64,000 nucleotides of DNA from Rhizophagus irregularis. Its lineage: Eukaryota. The DNA lies in NCBI RefSeq assembly GCF_026210795.1, contig NC_089430.1:248001-312000 (forward strand), written 5' to 3'. The notes beneath the pieces are model-generated. The model ran no database searches. It worked only from the letters and a program-made list of their open reading frames with translations, and had not been told where the DNA came from. The position numbers were made by a program, and so were the translations under genes. Shown piece after piece: positions 1 through 14,119 of this stretch (positions within the stretch are counted from its first letter, which is position 1; every line of letters starts with the position of its first letter).

Positions 1-59
1 CCTCGTTCGGAGTACCCTCGTTCGGAGTACCTTCGTTCGGAGTATCCTCGTTCGGAATT
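1..59 (+). repeat. 15-bp tandem repeat (cctcgttcggagtac), about 4 copies, coding
   Basis: Directly visible; runs off the window edge. Confidence 0.9.
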
Positions 60-149
60 GGTAATAAAATTAATAAAATTTGTTTTTTTATATATATATA
101 TATTTAACAACTTTAAAACAACTTCTATTATATTATTATAGCTGCGGCA

Positions 150-421
150 AGAGCAGCAACAATAGCAGCAACGACCACAGCAGTAACAAATGTACCAACA
201 CCAATAACAACCGCACCAACAACAACAAGTGCACTAATATTAGCTGCACAAACACTACCAACCGCATCAACAACCGCATCAACAACATCACCAATACCAA
301 CCGCATTAACAACTACTGCTGCATCAACCGCAACAACAGCAGCTATTGCAACAACAACAATAGCAGCAGCAACAACAACATATCACCAGTCTCCATCAAT
401 TCCATCATACTGGCCTTCTTT

Positions 422-476
<55 letters not shown>

Positions 477-534
477 CAAAAGCAGCAATAGCAACAGCAA
501 CAGCAACAGCAGCAATAGCAACAGCAACAGTGAG

Positions 535-579
<45 letters not shown>

Positions 580-665
580 CAAAAGCAGCAACAGCAAAAG
601 TAGCAACAGCAGCAATCACAGCAATCGCAGAAACGGCAACGGCAGCAACAACGTCAACAGCGCCG
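150..665. repeat. CAA/CAG-rich low-complexity trinucleotide repeat
   Basis: Directly visible; explains the low-complexity ORFs on both strands. Confidence 0.9.
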
Positions 666-1244
666 ACAGCGCGAATGTTTTGAATCAACGGGTAATAGAA
701 TTTATTAATTTAATGTAAAAGTAAATTTTATAAATTATTTAATAATAAAATTTTTAAATTAATAAAAATAGGAGCTGTTTGCTATTATTGTAATGATAAT
801 CATTACATCTTCGCTTGTACTAAAATACCGAAAGAGTATAAAGGCCATTGCGTTAATTGCTGGGCGGACGATCATATGGTTATGAGTTGTAATAATGTTA
901 AAATAAAAGAGCCTTGGCTCTAAAAATTTTTTATATTTTGTGGGTAAAATTTTTTTAGTACTAATGGCTTAGAATTTAAACTAATTTACAAAATTTTTTT
1001 TTCAGTTTTTAGTATCTGGAATCGATTAGTATCTGAATATCTGGGTTGGTTGGTTTTAAAAAAAAAATTTTTTTAATATAATTTTGTAAGTAAAAATTTA
1101 AAATAATTAGTTATTTTTTTAAATTTAAAAAACTAATATTTTTAATTTTTTAACTCCTTTTTTTCTCCTTTTTTTTTAATCTTTTTTAATTTTAGGTTAG
1201 ACTAAAAAGAATTATTTTTTTTTTTTTTTTTGAATTATGCTATG

Positions 1245-1396
1245 CTCGAACTATTTTTCGGGATTAATAAAAAATATTCGATTGGGGTCGAACTATTTTA
1301 CCGATTGGGGTCGGATTAATCTTGAAAAATGTTCGATTATATTATCCGATTGGGGTCGGATTAATATTTTAAAAAATGTTCGATTGGGGTCGAACT
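1245..1396. repeat. Short repeat cluster, cgattggggtcg(a/g)a x4
   Basis: Copies at ~1279, 1302, 1347 and 1381. Confidence 0.8.
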
Positions 1397-1843
1397 AATA
1401 ATAAAAAAAAAATTTTTCTTTATAAAATTATATATTTATTTTCATATATATTATTTTTAATATTTTTTATTTATTAATATTATACAATTAATACTAATTT
1501 TTTTGTCAGATGTATTAAATTAATTCGCAATTCGTAAAAAAAGTAATAAATGAAAAGATTTACATTAATTTTATATAATGATCGGTTAATAGTGATAATA
1601 AAATGTGTTAATACTAAGAATCAAATGCGTTAATACAAAGAATCTCTAACCGTTTTAAATCTAAACATGAATAAACGACCCATAAAATTCGTTTCTGTTA
1701 GCCAAATAATATGTAAATTATAAGATGTAACTTCAATTTGTATTAGACCACTTGCAATATTAATCCCGTCAATTACTAAATTTCTTGTTGTAATACAAGA
1801 TGTCTTTGCAGATTCTGTAAAAATTTTTCTTTATTGATTTTTT

Positions 1844-2182
1844 AGGACCCAGAAATATATATATAGGGGTCAGGTGGCGTAATGTGAAAAAATAGAATTT
1901 ACAATAGAATTTACTATTTTTTCAATAATATTTTTCTAAAATTTCACTTTTTAATCCTTAGAAATTTCTTCAATTAATACTAATTAAATAAGTACGTACA
2001 GTAAATATATTATATATATATAAGATTAGCTAAATTTAGACCAAAAATACGCAAACTTGATGACCTAACTATAGATGAAAAATTCTAAAATTGTACGCAA
2101 ATCAAAACTTTACTCTGTCTAATTCCACTATGGTGGTGATGCATCTGTGTACCCTACCTCTGTATATATATTTCTAGGTGCT
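1844..2182. mobile_element. MITE family A, copy 1 (TIR aggacccagaaatatata), 8-bp TSD matching 7/8
   Basis: Imperfect terminal inverted repeats; flanks gatttttt/gattttta; homologous to 12961-13375 in the reverse orientation. Confidence 0.8.
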
Positions 2183-4639
2183 GATTTTTATGATGTAACT
2201 TTTTTATTCCCACGTATTCATTAAATAAAAGTTATTTTTTCGTTCCTCGTCCCTAAAATTTTTTTCCATTAAATATTTCTATTGTTTAATAATTATGTTC
2301 TTTATAAAAAATATCAATATTTCAAGAAATGACTAATTGGCCTAGTTGTGAAATGCAATTTTTACGTTCAACTTATTAAAAAATTAAAATTATTCATATC
2401 ATTAAATGTCAAATATATATTGGTGGGTGTTTATTATTTTGTCTGCGTGTATAATGCTCAATGAAACCTACAGTATTGCGAGGAAAGATAAGGTTTTCCT
2501 CTGAACGCCTTTTAGCATTATTTTCATTATTTTCGCTTACACCCTTATGCTAACACCCCTATGCTGAAAGTGTTATCCCTACGTGTTTCTTTTGATATTT
2601 AATTAGATATTTTAATAGCCACTCGCGTATAGGTTAACAATTTTTTTCATTTTTTCTTTTTTATAATTCATATTTATAGGTTGTCATGTGAAATTAACTA
2701 TATCTCAAGGTGTTTAGATGAGCAAATTCTTCATGATCACACCTTTCTATGATTATCTACTCATACTTCTTCAACTTATAAATAAATTCACGCTTTGGAA
2801 ACACAATATTGACTTTGAATTTAAGGTATGAACGCTTAAATTTACTAGTTTGTTACTAGTATATTTGGGTTTGTTGTTGACGATACCGACAATGCGTTTA
2901 CTTGTATTGAAGTTATTTTACAGTAGGTTTTAATGATACTTTGTTGGTGGTTCTATTGATTTGTGCCAACAATAGCATTAGTTAGCCGTTCCTTTCTAAT
3001 TTATGTTTGGTAATGTCATAAATTATTATAAATAACTAATCTATGTAATTCTTGTTCCTTACCCGACCTTTAATTATATAGCCTAGATATATTTGGTAGA
3101 ACATTTACTTATACTCATGAACGTGTATGGAATATATAACTTTTATATGAAAACAACCTCGTATATAAGACTTTTTTTTATTTTTTGATAGTTAGTCTAC
3201 TTAGATTTTTTATATAAGGGTACATACCAATTACCTCTCTTTCAATAAAAGTTTCCGTAATTTAAGTGTCGGGATATGAAATTTTATAATTTTGTAAAGT
3301 TTATACGTTAATTTTATTTATTTAAATTCACGAATAATTTTAATTTTTAATTTTTATTATTTATTATATTTATTAATAAAATTAAAAAAATATTTAATAA
3401 TTATTCTACCTTATTTTTTTAAATGATAAATTAACGATTTTTTAACAAATAAAAATATATATATTGAAATAAATTGAGATAAAAATAATTTATATAATTA
3501 ATTATAATTGTTTTCCCATTATATACATTATACAGAAGATTTGATTGTGAGTTTTTTAACCTTAAGTGCCGTGAGTTCTTTGACTGGTCTAGATCTTAAT
3601 ATTCTGGCTTTTTGATTGATATAGTGAAAAGTTTTTTAAATAAGAGCATTTTTTTATTAATTATTTTATTTATTCTTATACAATAAATACACTTTTTACA
3701 ATACCGGATTTTATAAAAAATTGCTTAGTAATACAGTTATAATAAAATCAAAAAAATTGATGAGTTTCATTGTTGATAAAAAATTTTTTTATTAATCAAC
3801 TGAATTATATCAATAAAAGAATATCCAAGCAAATAATTATACATTTATTTATTATAAAAAATCATTAAGGAAAGGTAAAAAAATTAAGTAAATTTAAGAT
3901 GTAACAACGAAGGTAAATTTAGGATGTAACGAAGGTGGATAAGAAAAAAGAAAGATGACGTCGAGCATGATAGTGATGGTGGTTGCGAATAGTATGGTGT
4001 ATATGGTGGGTGGCGGCGGTAATTGTGGTGGAGAAGGAGGTGATTGTAGTAAAGGAAAATGATCGAAGAAGTAATTGTAAAGACGGAGGAGGTGATCGTA
4101 ATAAAGAGTGTTATAATGTTTGCGAATATTAGTAAACGTGATTTTCAAGTTTTACTATAATATAAAAACCTATTAGCAAACGCGGTTTTCGGTTTTATCG
4201 CGATTTCCTTAAACTTCGACTCAAAATATTATAAGAGTGAGAAAATGTAAAGAAGTTTATAAAAAATGCTTAAAAATGCTTAAAAAAATGTTAGGAGAAA
4301 GTTATTTTACGAATTTTACCAATAATTTTTAATTTTTACCACGAATAATAAATGGGTAAACAGTATATATATTACTTTTTAGGAATTAAATATATTCGCA
4401 ACTTACAATTAAAGTAAAATGCATATACTGATCACCCATCGTGCAATTGTAACAATTGTATTAAAATAGAACGTATATTTCGTATATTTTTAAATATTGT
4501 ACAATAATCGCACAATTTTTATATCCTAAACTTTTATTGCACAAAAGTTGAACGATTTCTGTATACTTAATTTAAGTTTATTTTCAATTGTATAAAAATC
4601 GCACACTTTTAATACACTATAAAATTGGTATGACTATTT

Positions 4640-7600
4640 TTATCCAAAAATCTGCAATAATTGTATGATTTCTGCACGGACTTGAACAAATATTGCACAA
4701 AAATTGGATAATCTTTTTTCATAGGGCATATGCCATTTAATTGTCTTTTCTTCGCTTAGTTTTTTGAGAATTAATCTTTGTTCATCAGCTAACTTGTTTT
4801 TATTATCTAGCTTCAACACCTCAATGATATTCTCTTTAGCATTCTTATAATCAGCCTTCTTATAATAAGCAATGCCGCGAAAGTACCAATATTCTGATAA
4901 AGAGGTTAAATTTGGAATCGTGTTAGGAAGTTGAATAACTTTTGTATATTTAGATAATTTAAATAAGCATTTTGCAATACCAAGCGCAGCATCTAGATTT
5001 TCTGGATCTACTACACGTGCTTTCTCATAGTTCTTTTGAGCAGATATCCAATGACATAAGCTGTCTAAGTGATTAGTTTTTCCCTCTTTCTCGGCTAATT
5101 GTTCATAATAAACTGCTATTTTATTATAGAGGCGTATTTTTTTCTGGTTTAAAGATGCTTGCTGTAATTGTTTATTTAGATAACCAACATATTCATCATT
5201 ATCTATATAGGTAATTAGAGATAATTTAGGCGATTCTTTAGATGGTTCTTTGGGTGATTCACCAATGATCCATAATAAATCCTTCAAAGCTTCATGACGC
5301 CATTTGGCTGTATTGACAAATTGATAATTACAATCAATTGAATTTTGGACATCTTTAATAGTTCTGATGGCTCGCTCAATTTCTTCTTTACCATCATCTA
5401 ATATATCAAAAATTGCTTGATTAATTTTTGTGATATTACTTACTTCTTCTAACCTTGATTGGAAAGGCATTTCTTGAGAATCATCTTTACATTCTTTATC
5501 TAAATCATTATAATCTTCAAGTGAGATAAAATCTTTAAATTTAATGTAAGTACTACATATGTTGTATTTTTTACGTAATTCAAAAATACGATTATCCCAA
5601 GTTTTAGCCTCAGTTCTAAGTTTTTCACTTAGTACTCCATCAAAAGCATTTGTTGCAAGTGCCTTTATGTCCTTTGCTGTTTTTCCCTTGACTTTTATTT
5701 TCCTGCTACTTAAGACCTCACCAAACAAGTTTAAAAGGTAGGCAATACCATCAGATCTAAAACCATAATTTAAGAGGGTATCTATTATATAATCAGTATT
5801 AATACAATCTTCTAATTTTAAGAGACTGGCATCTGCCTTAAATTCTACAGAAAGTTCATCGAGAAACTTTTGATAATTTCCTTTATCATAAGCTTTTAGT
5901 GTTTCAATCATAATATTATTAAGTTTTTCACGAATTTCCGTCTCTTCTAAAAGAAGGGTAGCTCTGTTCCATAACTCTATGCCAGCCCATATGCCTAAAC
6001 CGACAATGAGCGCAAGAGAACCAGCAACTGATGCACTAATTCCTATTATAGTTGCTGCTTGATAGATGTAAATGTAAGAAGCCACGGCTATAGATATTCC
6101 TCCTCCCATAGCTGCAATTCCTGCTGCTTTATGCTTTAAAGCACGATTCTTGGCATGCAAAATCACTTCTTTAGGAACTTGATAACGAACTAAACTCCGG
6201 TCAGCTTTAAGCACTATATCGTTGTTAATTGAATCTTGAAATGAATTTTTTATCAAAAAGAGAAATTTTCTGGTCCACTATTTTTATTAATGCCATTGTA
6301 TTATCAAGTTTGTCTATTAGATTTATCGCAGTATTTTGGTTAGTAGTATTTTTAGTATTCGTTGTAGTATTAGTATCTGTCATAGGATTTCCACCTTTAA
6401 CTTTATCAAATATCTTTTTTGTTTTAATAAAATCCTGTTGCGTAATCCTTTGATAATTTTTAAGCTGCAATTTAATTGCCGATAAAGCAAATAAATTAGC
6501 TTAAAAAAATTTATTAGCAATGTATAAGCATAATGCTATATTTTCTCGCAATTCTACTTGCTTTTTTAGTAGTTTAGCTTGATCAGCAATTTTGCAAGCT
6601 GCTCGATATTCCTGATATGCCAACATTTCACTATCCACGACAAAAAGCTTTAATTTTTTGGAAGAAATTTCTTTAATATCATCTTCATTTAACAGTTTCA
6701 ATTTTTTCCATTGACCTTTAGCTGCGTTATGATAATCGATTGTAATTTTCCAAAGTTTGTATGCTTTGTTTTCATGAAAAGTCATGTAACCTTTATTTTG
6801 TAAGATTACAATTAAGTCATTTAACAAGTTTTTTTTAAATTCTAGTGCAGAATTTAATAGTTCAGCGCCTAGGCTTTGATGCTTCTCTTGAAGCCAAGTT
6901 GCAGTATTAGGTCGATTTGTTTTATCAGAATGGAAGTATAAAGCAATATCTCTGAACCGCTTATTAATTTCTTCTTCTGTAAATATAGTATTGCCAAATA
7001 AAATTTCTTTTTTATTTTGGGAATTCAAGGTATGATATATAAAAGCTAATCTATTTGAATAAGCTGATTTACTAGCTAATGATTTTAAAATATTTAAAGA
7101 AGAAGTCAATTGTTGCCTATTTTCATTACTAGTATTTGAAGTCAGAGACGCATTCAAATCAATTAGCAAAATTGTCTCATATGTAACAATATTCCTATAA
7201 TCTTCAAAAGATTTGGATATAACATTAAACCATTTAAAACTTTCTCAAAATGTTTTGAATATTTTCTAATTCTTTTTCTACAGTTTCTTGAGTATCCTCT
7301 TTATTTTCTTTTTCAATATTAAAACCTTGATTGATATTGCTTAGAGTAGCTTCTATAAATAATCTTGATTCTGTTTTGTAGGTGTCTATTTTCTTGAGTT
7401 TCTTAGAAAAATTTTTAATTTCTTTGCTAGTTCTTCTTGTTTACTAGCTCTTACTATTTTGCCAATAAACGTTAAATAGTTAGCGTATGTTGCGTGATAC
7501 TTATACCTAATGAGTCCATACTCGTCATCATCGTCTATTCTATTTATTAATTCTTTTCCTTCTTCAAATTTTTGCTCAATCTTAGGTTGATTTAGAGTTT

Positions 7601-7670
7601 TATCATGGAATAGAAGTTTAATTAAATTTTCTATTTCTAAAAAAATATTTTCGATTTGAGAAATTACCAT
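4640..7670 (-). pseudogene. Frameshifted large helical protein with a J-domain-like segment, a hydrophobic Gly-rich stretch and C-terminal TPR repeats
   Basis: Consecutive same-strand ORF fragments 7386-7715, 6501-7169, 6225-6470 and 4640-6256. EEEINKRFRDIALYFHSDK is J-like; YEKARVVDPENLDAALGIAKCL and WYFRGIAYYKKADYKNA are TPR-like. Confidence 0.7.
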
Positions 7671-8777
7671 CTTGATACTAGTCTTAAATACAAAATTATC
7701 TTTTAATAGTCTCACTCTCCTTTATAAATAACGCAAAATATAAGGCAGAGCTGTTCCTTCGTCAATTATGTAAATTTGGTTTGATTTTAAGAGTTAAAAA
7801 CAAAGCTTTTAAATATAATAAAGAAGGAATGAATGGAATATTTTGCGCCTAACCGTATTAATTTTTTTATCGTTCAGCCTAATAGGATCATGCAGATTTT
7901 CACTGATATTTTTGTTAAGCATATAATGAATGATTATACATAATTGATAATAAGGGGGAATAAAAAAAATGATGTAAATGAAATTTTAATAGGAAAGTGG
8001 TTTTCAAAATGGTACGATCTTCAAAATAATACAACAAAAAAATTCGAAACCAATCATAATTTTAATTTTGTTCACGTGACAACGAACGAAAAAATTGCAA
8101 AACCTTCTTTAAAATATAATTGTTGTTATAATTAATGCAATTACGCTATTTTTTTTTGTAAAATAAAGCGTATATTTTTAGAAATAATCAGCATAACATA
8201 TGAACGTGACATAATACTGGGAAAATTGTATTAAACTTGCTGCGCCACGAATATTTATGCGATTTAGAATGTCATTATTATTATGCTCTTTATTGAAGAA
8301 ATTTTCGGAACGATTACGGAGTACAGGTTTTGATTATTTGTAGATCACCTCGCACAAATTTGTATAACGAGATAGTTATTGATTGGCATTTCAAAATAGG
8401 TTGTATATGGTTCCTCGCACAAATGATTGCGAAGGATTTCTTCCCAAATACATAAAGACCGAATACTATTATAGTATCGTTAAAAGGTCGAACCGCTATA
8501 AACGGATATTTGTTTATCAATAAATTGATGTTCGTATATTTCACATGATAATATGTTTCACTTAAATCTTGTTAAATATGTAATTATTGTTGATTATCAT
8601 GTCAGATGATCAATAAAGATATAAATAAACAGACTAACCAATAACGTCAATAAATGAAAATTCAAAAACCTTATCAACGAGACTACATTTTTAAAAAAGA
8701 ATTATTTTATTTTATTTTTTCTTTCTTTTTTTTTTCAAATAAACAGCAAAACAATTATAATCATTATATTATTTACC

Positions 8778-11348
8778 ATGTCTCAATATAATGATGTTGA
8801 TTATACAACAGATATCGATTGGCTTGAAGAAGCAATAGCTAAAAAATACTTTAAATATTATGAATTCGAGAATTTTAGCAATATTCAAGAAATTGGTACT
8901 GGAGGTTTCGGAAAAGTTTTCCGCGCAAGTTGGAAAAGTTCAGGACAATATTTAGCCTTAAAAACTTTTTTTAATTTTGATGATGCTACAATTAAAGCAA
9001 TATCTCGTGAGGTAATTATATATATATATATATATTTGTAAGTCATTGATATGATTAGTTATTTTTCTACATATTAATTTTTAATTCAAATTATTTAGTT
9101 AAAACTTCAACGTGAAGTTGATTTTCATAATAATATTATTCGTTTCTTTGGAATTACAAAATATGAGCCAGGTAATTATCACGTACTCCCATTGATCATT
9201 TATCGTCCTTTAAGGACTTTATAATACTATACAAGCTCAATAATTAATGAAGTTTTTTTATAATATTATTAGAAAACAAAAATAATTTATTAAACTTGAA
9301 CCGGTATTCATTAGTAATGGAATATGCCGATAATGGTACGCTTCGAAAATATTTGGGGAAAAATTTCGATAATATTACTTGGAAAGATAAACTAAATATG
9401 GCTTATCAACTTGCCAGTGCCGTTTCATGTTTACATAACGAAGGTATTGTGCATAGAGACCTGGTAATTATTACAAATTATTATAAATGTTTTTTATCTA
9501 TAATATTTGCATGTATATATTTATTTATATTATTCTTTTGATAGCACTCCAATAATATATTGGTTCTTAAGAATAAGATTAAATTGGCCGATTTTGGATT
9601 ATCAAAGAGTATTGAAGAAACGTCTAACGTGCAATCTTCAAAATTATTTGGTGTTATTCCTTATATTGATCCAAAAAGATTAATGAATCAAAAATATAAA
9701 TTAAATGAATTGAGTGACGTATATAGTGTTGGCGTGTTATTGTGGGAAATATCCAGTGGTAAACAACCTTTTTGTAGTGAAGGTGAAGCATATGATATTG
9801 GGTTAGCTTTTGAAATTTCACAAGGTTCTAGGGAAGAACCTATTCCTGATACGCCTGAGGCTTATGTTACGCTTTATACCGGTAAATTTTAATTTTTTTT
9901 TTCCTTATGCGAAAAAACATTAAATCCTTAGAATTTATTTAATCTAAAATTAACCTTCTTTCTTATTAGAATGTTGGGATAAAGAACCAATTTTTCGTCC
10001 GACCATGAATGAAGTAGTCGATCAATTGGGAGCAATTATGTATTCAATTAGCGAAATAAACGAATATAATACTGTAAGTGGACGACAAAAAAATGATTCA
10101 ATTACTGGTGAAATTGAAAATTGTGTTGCTTCTGATGATTTAATTGCATGTAAGAAAATGGAATGTTCCAACAAACAAGATATACAAGATGAACAAGATG
10201 AACAAGATGATAAAAGTGATGAAGAATTAATAAATAATTCAAATTCTTCATTTATAAAGCCATTAATAAGCGTAATAGCTGATGAAATGGCTAACCTAAT
10301 TTTTAATGAAGAAAAAAAATTGGAAGTGTCTACTATTTGTCGTTATTGTGAAGTTTATAATGTCAAATCAGAAGAAGTTTATGAGTGGTTATTGGAAAAC
10401 CAATATGATTCAAATTATATTTTTTTACTCGGAGTTTTTAATCATTTAGGAATTGAAACTAATGCTAATAAGGAAAAGGCGGTCGAATTATATCAAAAAG
10501 CGGCAGTCTTAGGACATAGTGTAGCGCAGTATAATCTTGCTTGTATGTATAAAGAAGGAAAAGTTGTATGTCGAGATAATGAGAAAATTTTTAACTTACT
10601 TGAAAATTCAGCTGAAGGAGAATACTTAAACGCAATAAATATGTTAGGAGAGTGTTATTATAAGGAAATCGGAACTGATATTGACAAAGAAAAAGCTTTT
10701 GAGTTATATCAAAAAGCAGCGAATTTAGGGCATAGTGTAGCTCAATATAATCTCGCACAAATGTATAGAAAAGGAGATGGTGTTGATAAAGATGAAAAGA
10801 AAGCTTTTGAATTATTTGAAGAATCTTCTAAAGAATGTTTAAACGGAAAGTTTATGTTAGGGTACTGTTATAGTAAGGGAATTGGAACTAGTGTTGATAA
10901 GAAAAAGGCAGCCGAATTATATCAGCAATCTGCAGATCAAGGACATGAGTTAGCTAAAAATAATCTTGCCATTTTATATAAGAGAGGAGAAGGTGTTAAT
11001 AAAGATAGTGACAAAGCTTCCGAATTATTTAAAGAATTATATCTCAAAGGATACTCAAATATATACGGTACAATATTAGATTGTTGTGATATTGATGATG
11101 ACGAGAAAGGGCAAGTTAAAAGTTTTTTTAATAATAAGTGTGTGAGTTTAATCAATACTTTAGTTAGTGATCTGAGTGACGAAAAACAAGTTGAAATTTG
11201 TCAGGCTGCAGCAGAAGTTGGACAAAAGTTGATTAAATTCGATTCTGCTGAAATTGTTGATAATTATAAAACTTGTGAAGGGATTATTAAAAATATAAAA
11301 AATGTGTTCTATAGGAGTGCGGATGAAATTAAAAAATTTAAGAATTAA
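8778..11348 (+). CDS. Tyrosine-kinase-like protein kinase with C-terminal Sel1-like repeats; exons 8778-9011, 9099-9171, 9273-9463, 9545-9881 and 9970-11348
   Basis: GTGGFG, ALK, HRDLHSNN, DFG and SDVYSVG kinase motifs; the GT-AG introns are phase-consistent; Sel1 repeats such as AQYNLAQMYRKGDGVDKD. Confidence 0.93.
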
Positions 11349-11590
11349 CAATATTTTAAAAATAAATTATTTATTTTGTATATAAAATGTTTCAATTAAT
11401 AAAATTCTTGGTTCAAACTTTTCTATTATTAAGTACAACTTTATTGCGTCAATTGTATATACTTTTTGCGCCTACGGCCATAACTGATTGGTGTGACAAA
11501 TAGCAGATAGATTTTCTTTACATATTAATTCTGTAATTAATTATTGCTGAGATAGTAATTTGGCACTTTTTTTTAAAAAAAAAAAATCAT

Positions 11591-11995
11591 GAGTGTAATC
11601 ACGTGACTTTTAATTGACTATCATGGCGCAAAAAATTTTTAGTACGTCCGTGTCTAATAAAACATTTTAAATTACTAAATATTAAAAAAAAAAAAATTGT
11701 TTTCTTACTTTTTGGAACCCGAGAGTTCACCAGGTATAGTTTTTATTTAGACTTAAATATTATATTTTGGAGAAAATATCAAAAGAAGTTCCAAAAAGGT
11801 TGTGAATCTCTCTACTGGAAAATATAATATTATTTTTTAAAAAAAAGTATTTGAATTCTATAGGTATGTTTTCACATGTCTTTACAAAAATAATAACAAA
11901 ATAATACATAATATTCAAACTAAAGTACTTTCATATTTTAAATTTTTGCGCCATTGATACTGTAGTCTTATTGTAAATCACGTGACTACACGCTC
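11591..11995. mobile_element. Putative MITE with imperfect TIRs (gtgtaatcacgtgac...atggcgcaaaaa)
   Basis: Inverted similarity between 11591-11640 and 11941-11995; no TSD confirmed. Confidence 0.55.
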
Positions 11996-12229
11996 CTCTT
12001 AAGAGAATCGTGAGAGGAAGCAGGTTAACATTATTATATTTATCGCTGCAAAATGATACAACGTAGTTACATTATATTTCAAACTTTATAAGTGTGGCGA
12101 ATAAACTTCTGTTGATTGCATAATATACCAATTAAAATTCTATTTTGTTTTGTAATGTATCAACTTGATCACAAACTATTATTTTTTTACTTAAATTTTA
12201 CATTTTGTTGAATTAATTTTTTATTACAT

Positions 12230-12620
12230 GATGTACTACTATGTTCCATATTAAAAAAAGTGAAAATTAAAATAAATTCCTATCAATGAAGATTTGTGCT
12301 ACTATATTCCATAAGGATAATTATAAATTATCATTAATTCTGGTAGAATAATTTGCTGAAAATTATAAATAATTTTGGCTATCAAAACTAAAAGTGTGAA
12401 TTTGTACTACTATATTCCATATTAGGTTTATAACCAAAAAAGGACAATCATAAATTATCATTAATTCTGGTAGAAAAAAATCTACCAAAAAGGATAACAA
12501 CAAATTATCATTAATTCTGGTAGAATAATCTACCAAAATTATAATTAATTTTGGCTATCAAAACTGAATTTATGATACTATATTCCAATATTAGGTTTTT
12601 AACTAATTATCTAATTCTGG
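12230..12620. repeat. Degenerate direct repeats (aaattatcattaattctggtagaa; tactatattccata)
   Basis: Three to four copies of each motif are visible. Confidence 0.7.
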
Positions 12621-12960
12621 TTACCCAAAATTAAAATTAATTTGATCAAAAAATCAAAAATATGAAAATTAATTTAGATGTATAAATCAGACAACTAATA
12701 GAATTACTAAATCTCAAATAATTCCTTAACATTTGTAATTAATAACGTTTCAAAAGTTATACATTCTATAACATTTTGTATATACCATTTTTTTTAGCAT
12801 CAAATCTCCCAATAATTATCAGATATAATATTTTGTTTACTCAATTTTGCTATTATTATATATAAAAACCACGGTATAGATAAATAATTGAAAAACGAGA
12901 AACTTTTGCGTAAATTTAACGCTCTTCATTCAATATCATTTTATATTGGTTAATTAGATC

Positions 12961-13375
12961 AGGACCCAGAAATATATATACAGGGGTAGGGTACACAGTT
13001 GCGTCTCCATCATAGTGGAATTAGACGGAGTAAAGTTTTGATTAGCGTACAATTTAAGAATTTTTCATCCATAGTTAAGTCATCAAGATTGCGTGTTTTT
13101 TATCAAAATTTTTAAAAATTTTTATATGTAAAAAATTAGTTTGCGTATTTTTGGGCTAATCTTATTTATATAATATATTTACTGTACGTTAACCGCATTG
13201 TAATATTTAGTATTAATTGAAAAAAATTTCTAAAGGTAAAAAAGTGAAATTTTAGAAAAACATTATTGAAAAAATGGTAAATTAGAATAAAATTTTATTT
13301 TTTCACATTATATAAAAAGTCTCTGCGTGCAGCTCATTTTCGCCACCTGATCCTTATTTATATATTTCTGGGCCT
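12961..13375. mobile_element. MITE family A, copy 2, with a perfect 8-bp TSD attagatc
   Basis: TIR aggacccagaaatatata...tatatttctgggcct; attagatc at 12953-12960 and 13376-13383. Confidence 0.88.
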
Positions 13376-13504
13376 ATTAGATCGGGATCTATTATTAATT
13401 GGGAAATTTTTGTTGAGTCCAGCGTGGAAGACCTCAATTAATAAAAGATTAACAATGCTCATAATTAGCCACACATGACGAGCAACAAGGGTTAACAGAA
13501 ATAT

Positions 13505-13700
13505 CTTTATAATAATAATTTATATCATACATTTTTTTGAAATCTTGAATAAAATATAATACGAAAAATAATAAATCACTTGATTCATACATAATTACAT
13601 AAATGTCTAATACAGAATCTATAATAATAATTTATATCATACATTTTTTTTGAATAAAATATAATACGAAAAATAAATAAATCACTTAATTAATACATAG
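13505..13700. repeat. Tandem duplication of about 110 bp
   Basis: tataataataatttatatcatacattttttt...aataaaatataatacgaaaaataataaatcactt occurs twice. Confidence 0.75.
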
Positions 13701-14119
13701 GAATGAGTTTTAACCATCATGTGTAGAATCATCACGTGACTGAATGGAAGACCCTTCACTCCGTTCTCTGTTCTGGACTAATTAGTTGAGTTATTAATAA
13801 AATAGTAAACGAAACTATGAATTAAAATAATAACAATCATAATATTAAATTAATAAATAATCATGATATGATTTTAATTACTTGGTGCGACAAGTGCGAG
13901 TGTGCGACATCTGTTAATAGGAAAAAAATAAAAATACGATTAAAATTCGATTAAGTATAATTAAAATTGAATTATTTATCTGAATTAATTTGAAATGACG
14001 ATAAATCTAAAAATCAACTTGAAATATTCCAATAATCTCAATTTAAATATTACAATTTCTTTTATTTAATATAACATATGAAGTGTTACTACAATACTTT
14101 TAGTATATCTATCATTTAT

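Larger units (their letters stand above)
1..923 (+). pseudogene. 3' part of a spliced gene encoding SFGVP repeats, an Ala/Thr-rich tract, poly-Gln and two CCHC zinc knuckles (gag-like), with in-frame TAG stops in the poly-Gln
   Basis: GT-AG introns at 61-141 and ~692-771. The last exon reads AVCYYCNDNHYIFAC...HCVNCWADDHMVMSC...EPWL*. TAG replaces CAG in the poly-Q at ~489, ~515 and 601. Confidence 0.6.

Noticed and set aside
343..688. Poly-Leu and poly-Cys minus-strand ORFs and the Asn-rich 212-aa ORF
   Set aside because: Frame artefacts of the CAA/CAG repeat.
3894..4148. Pro-rich 84-aa ORF
   Set aside because: No ATG start and no recognisable domain.
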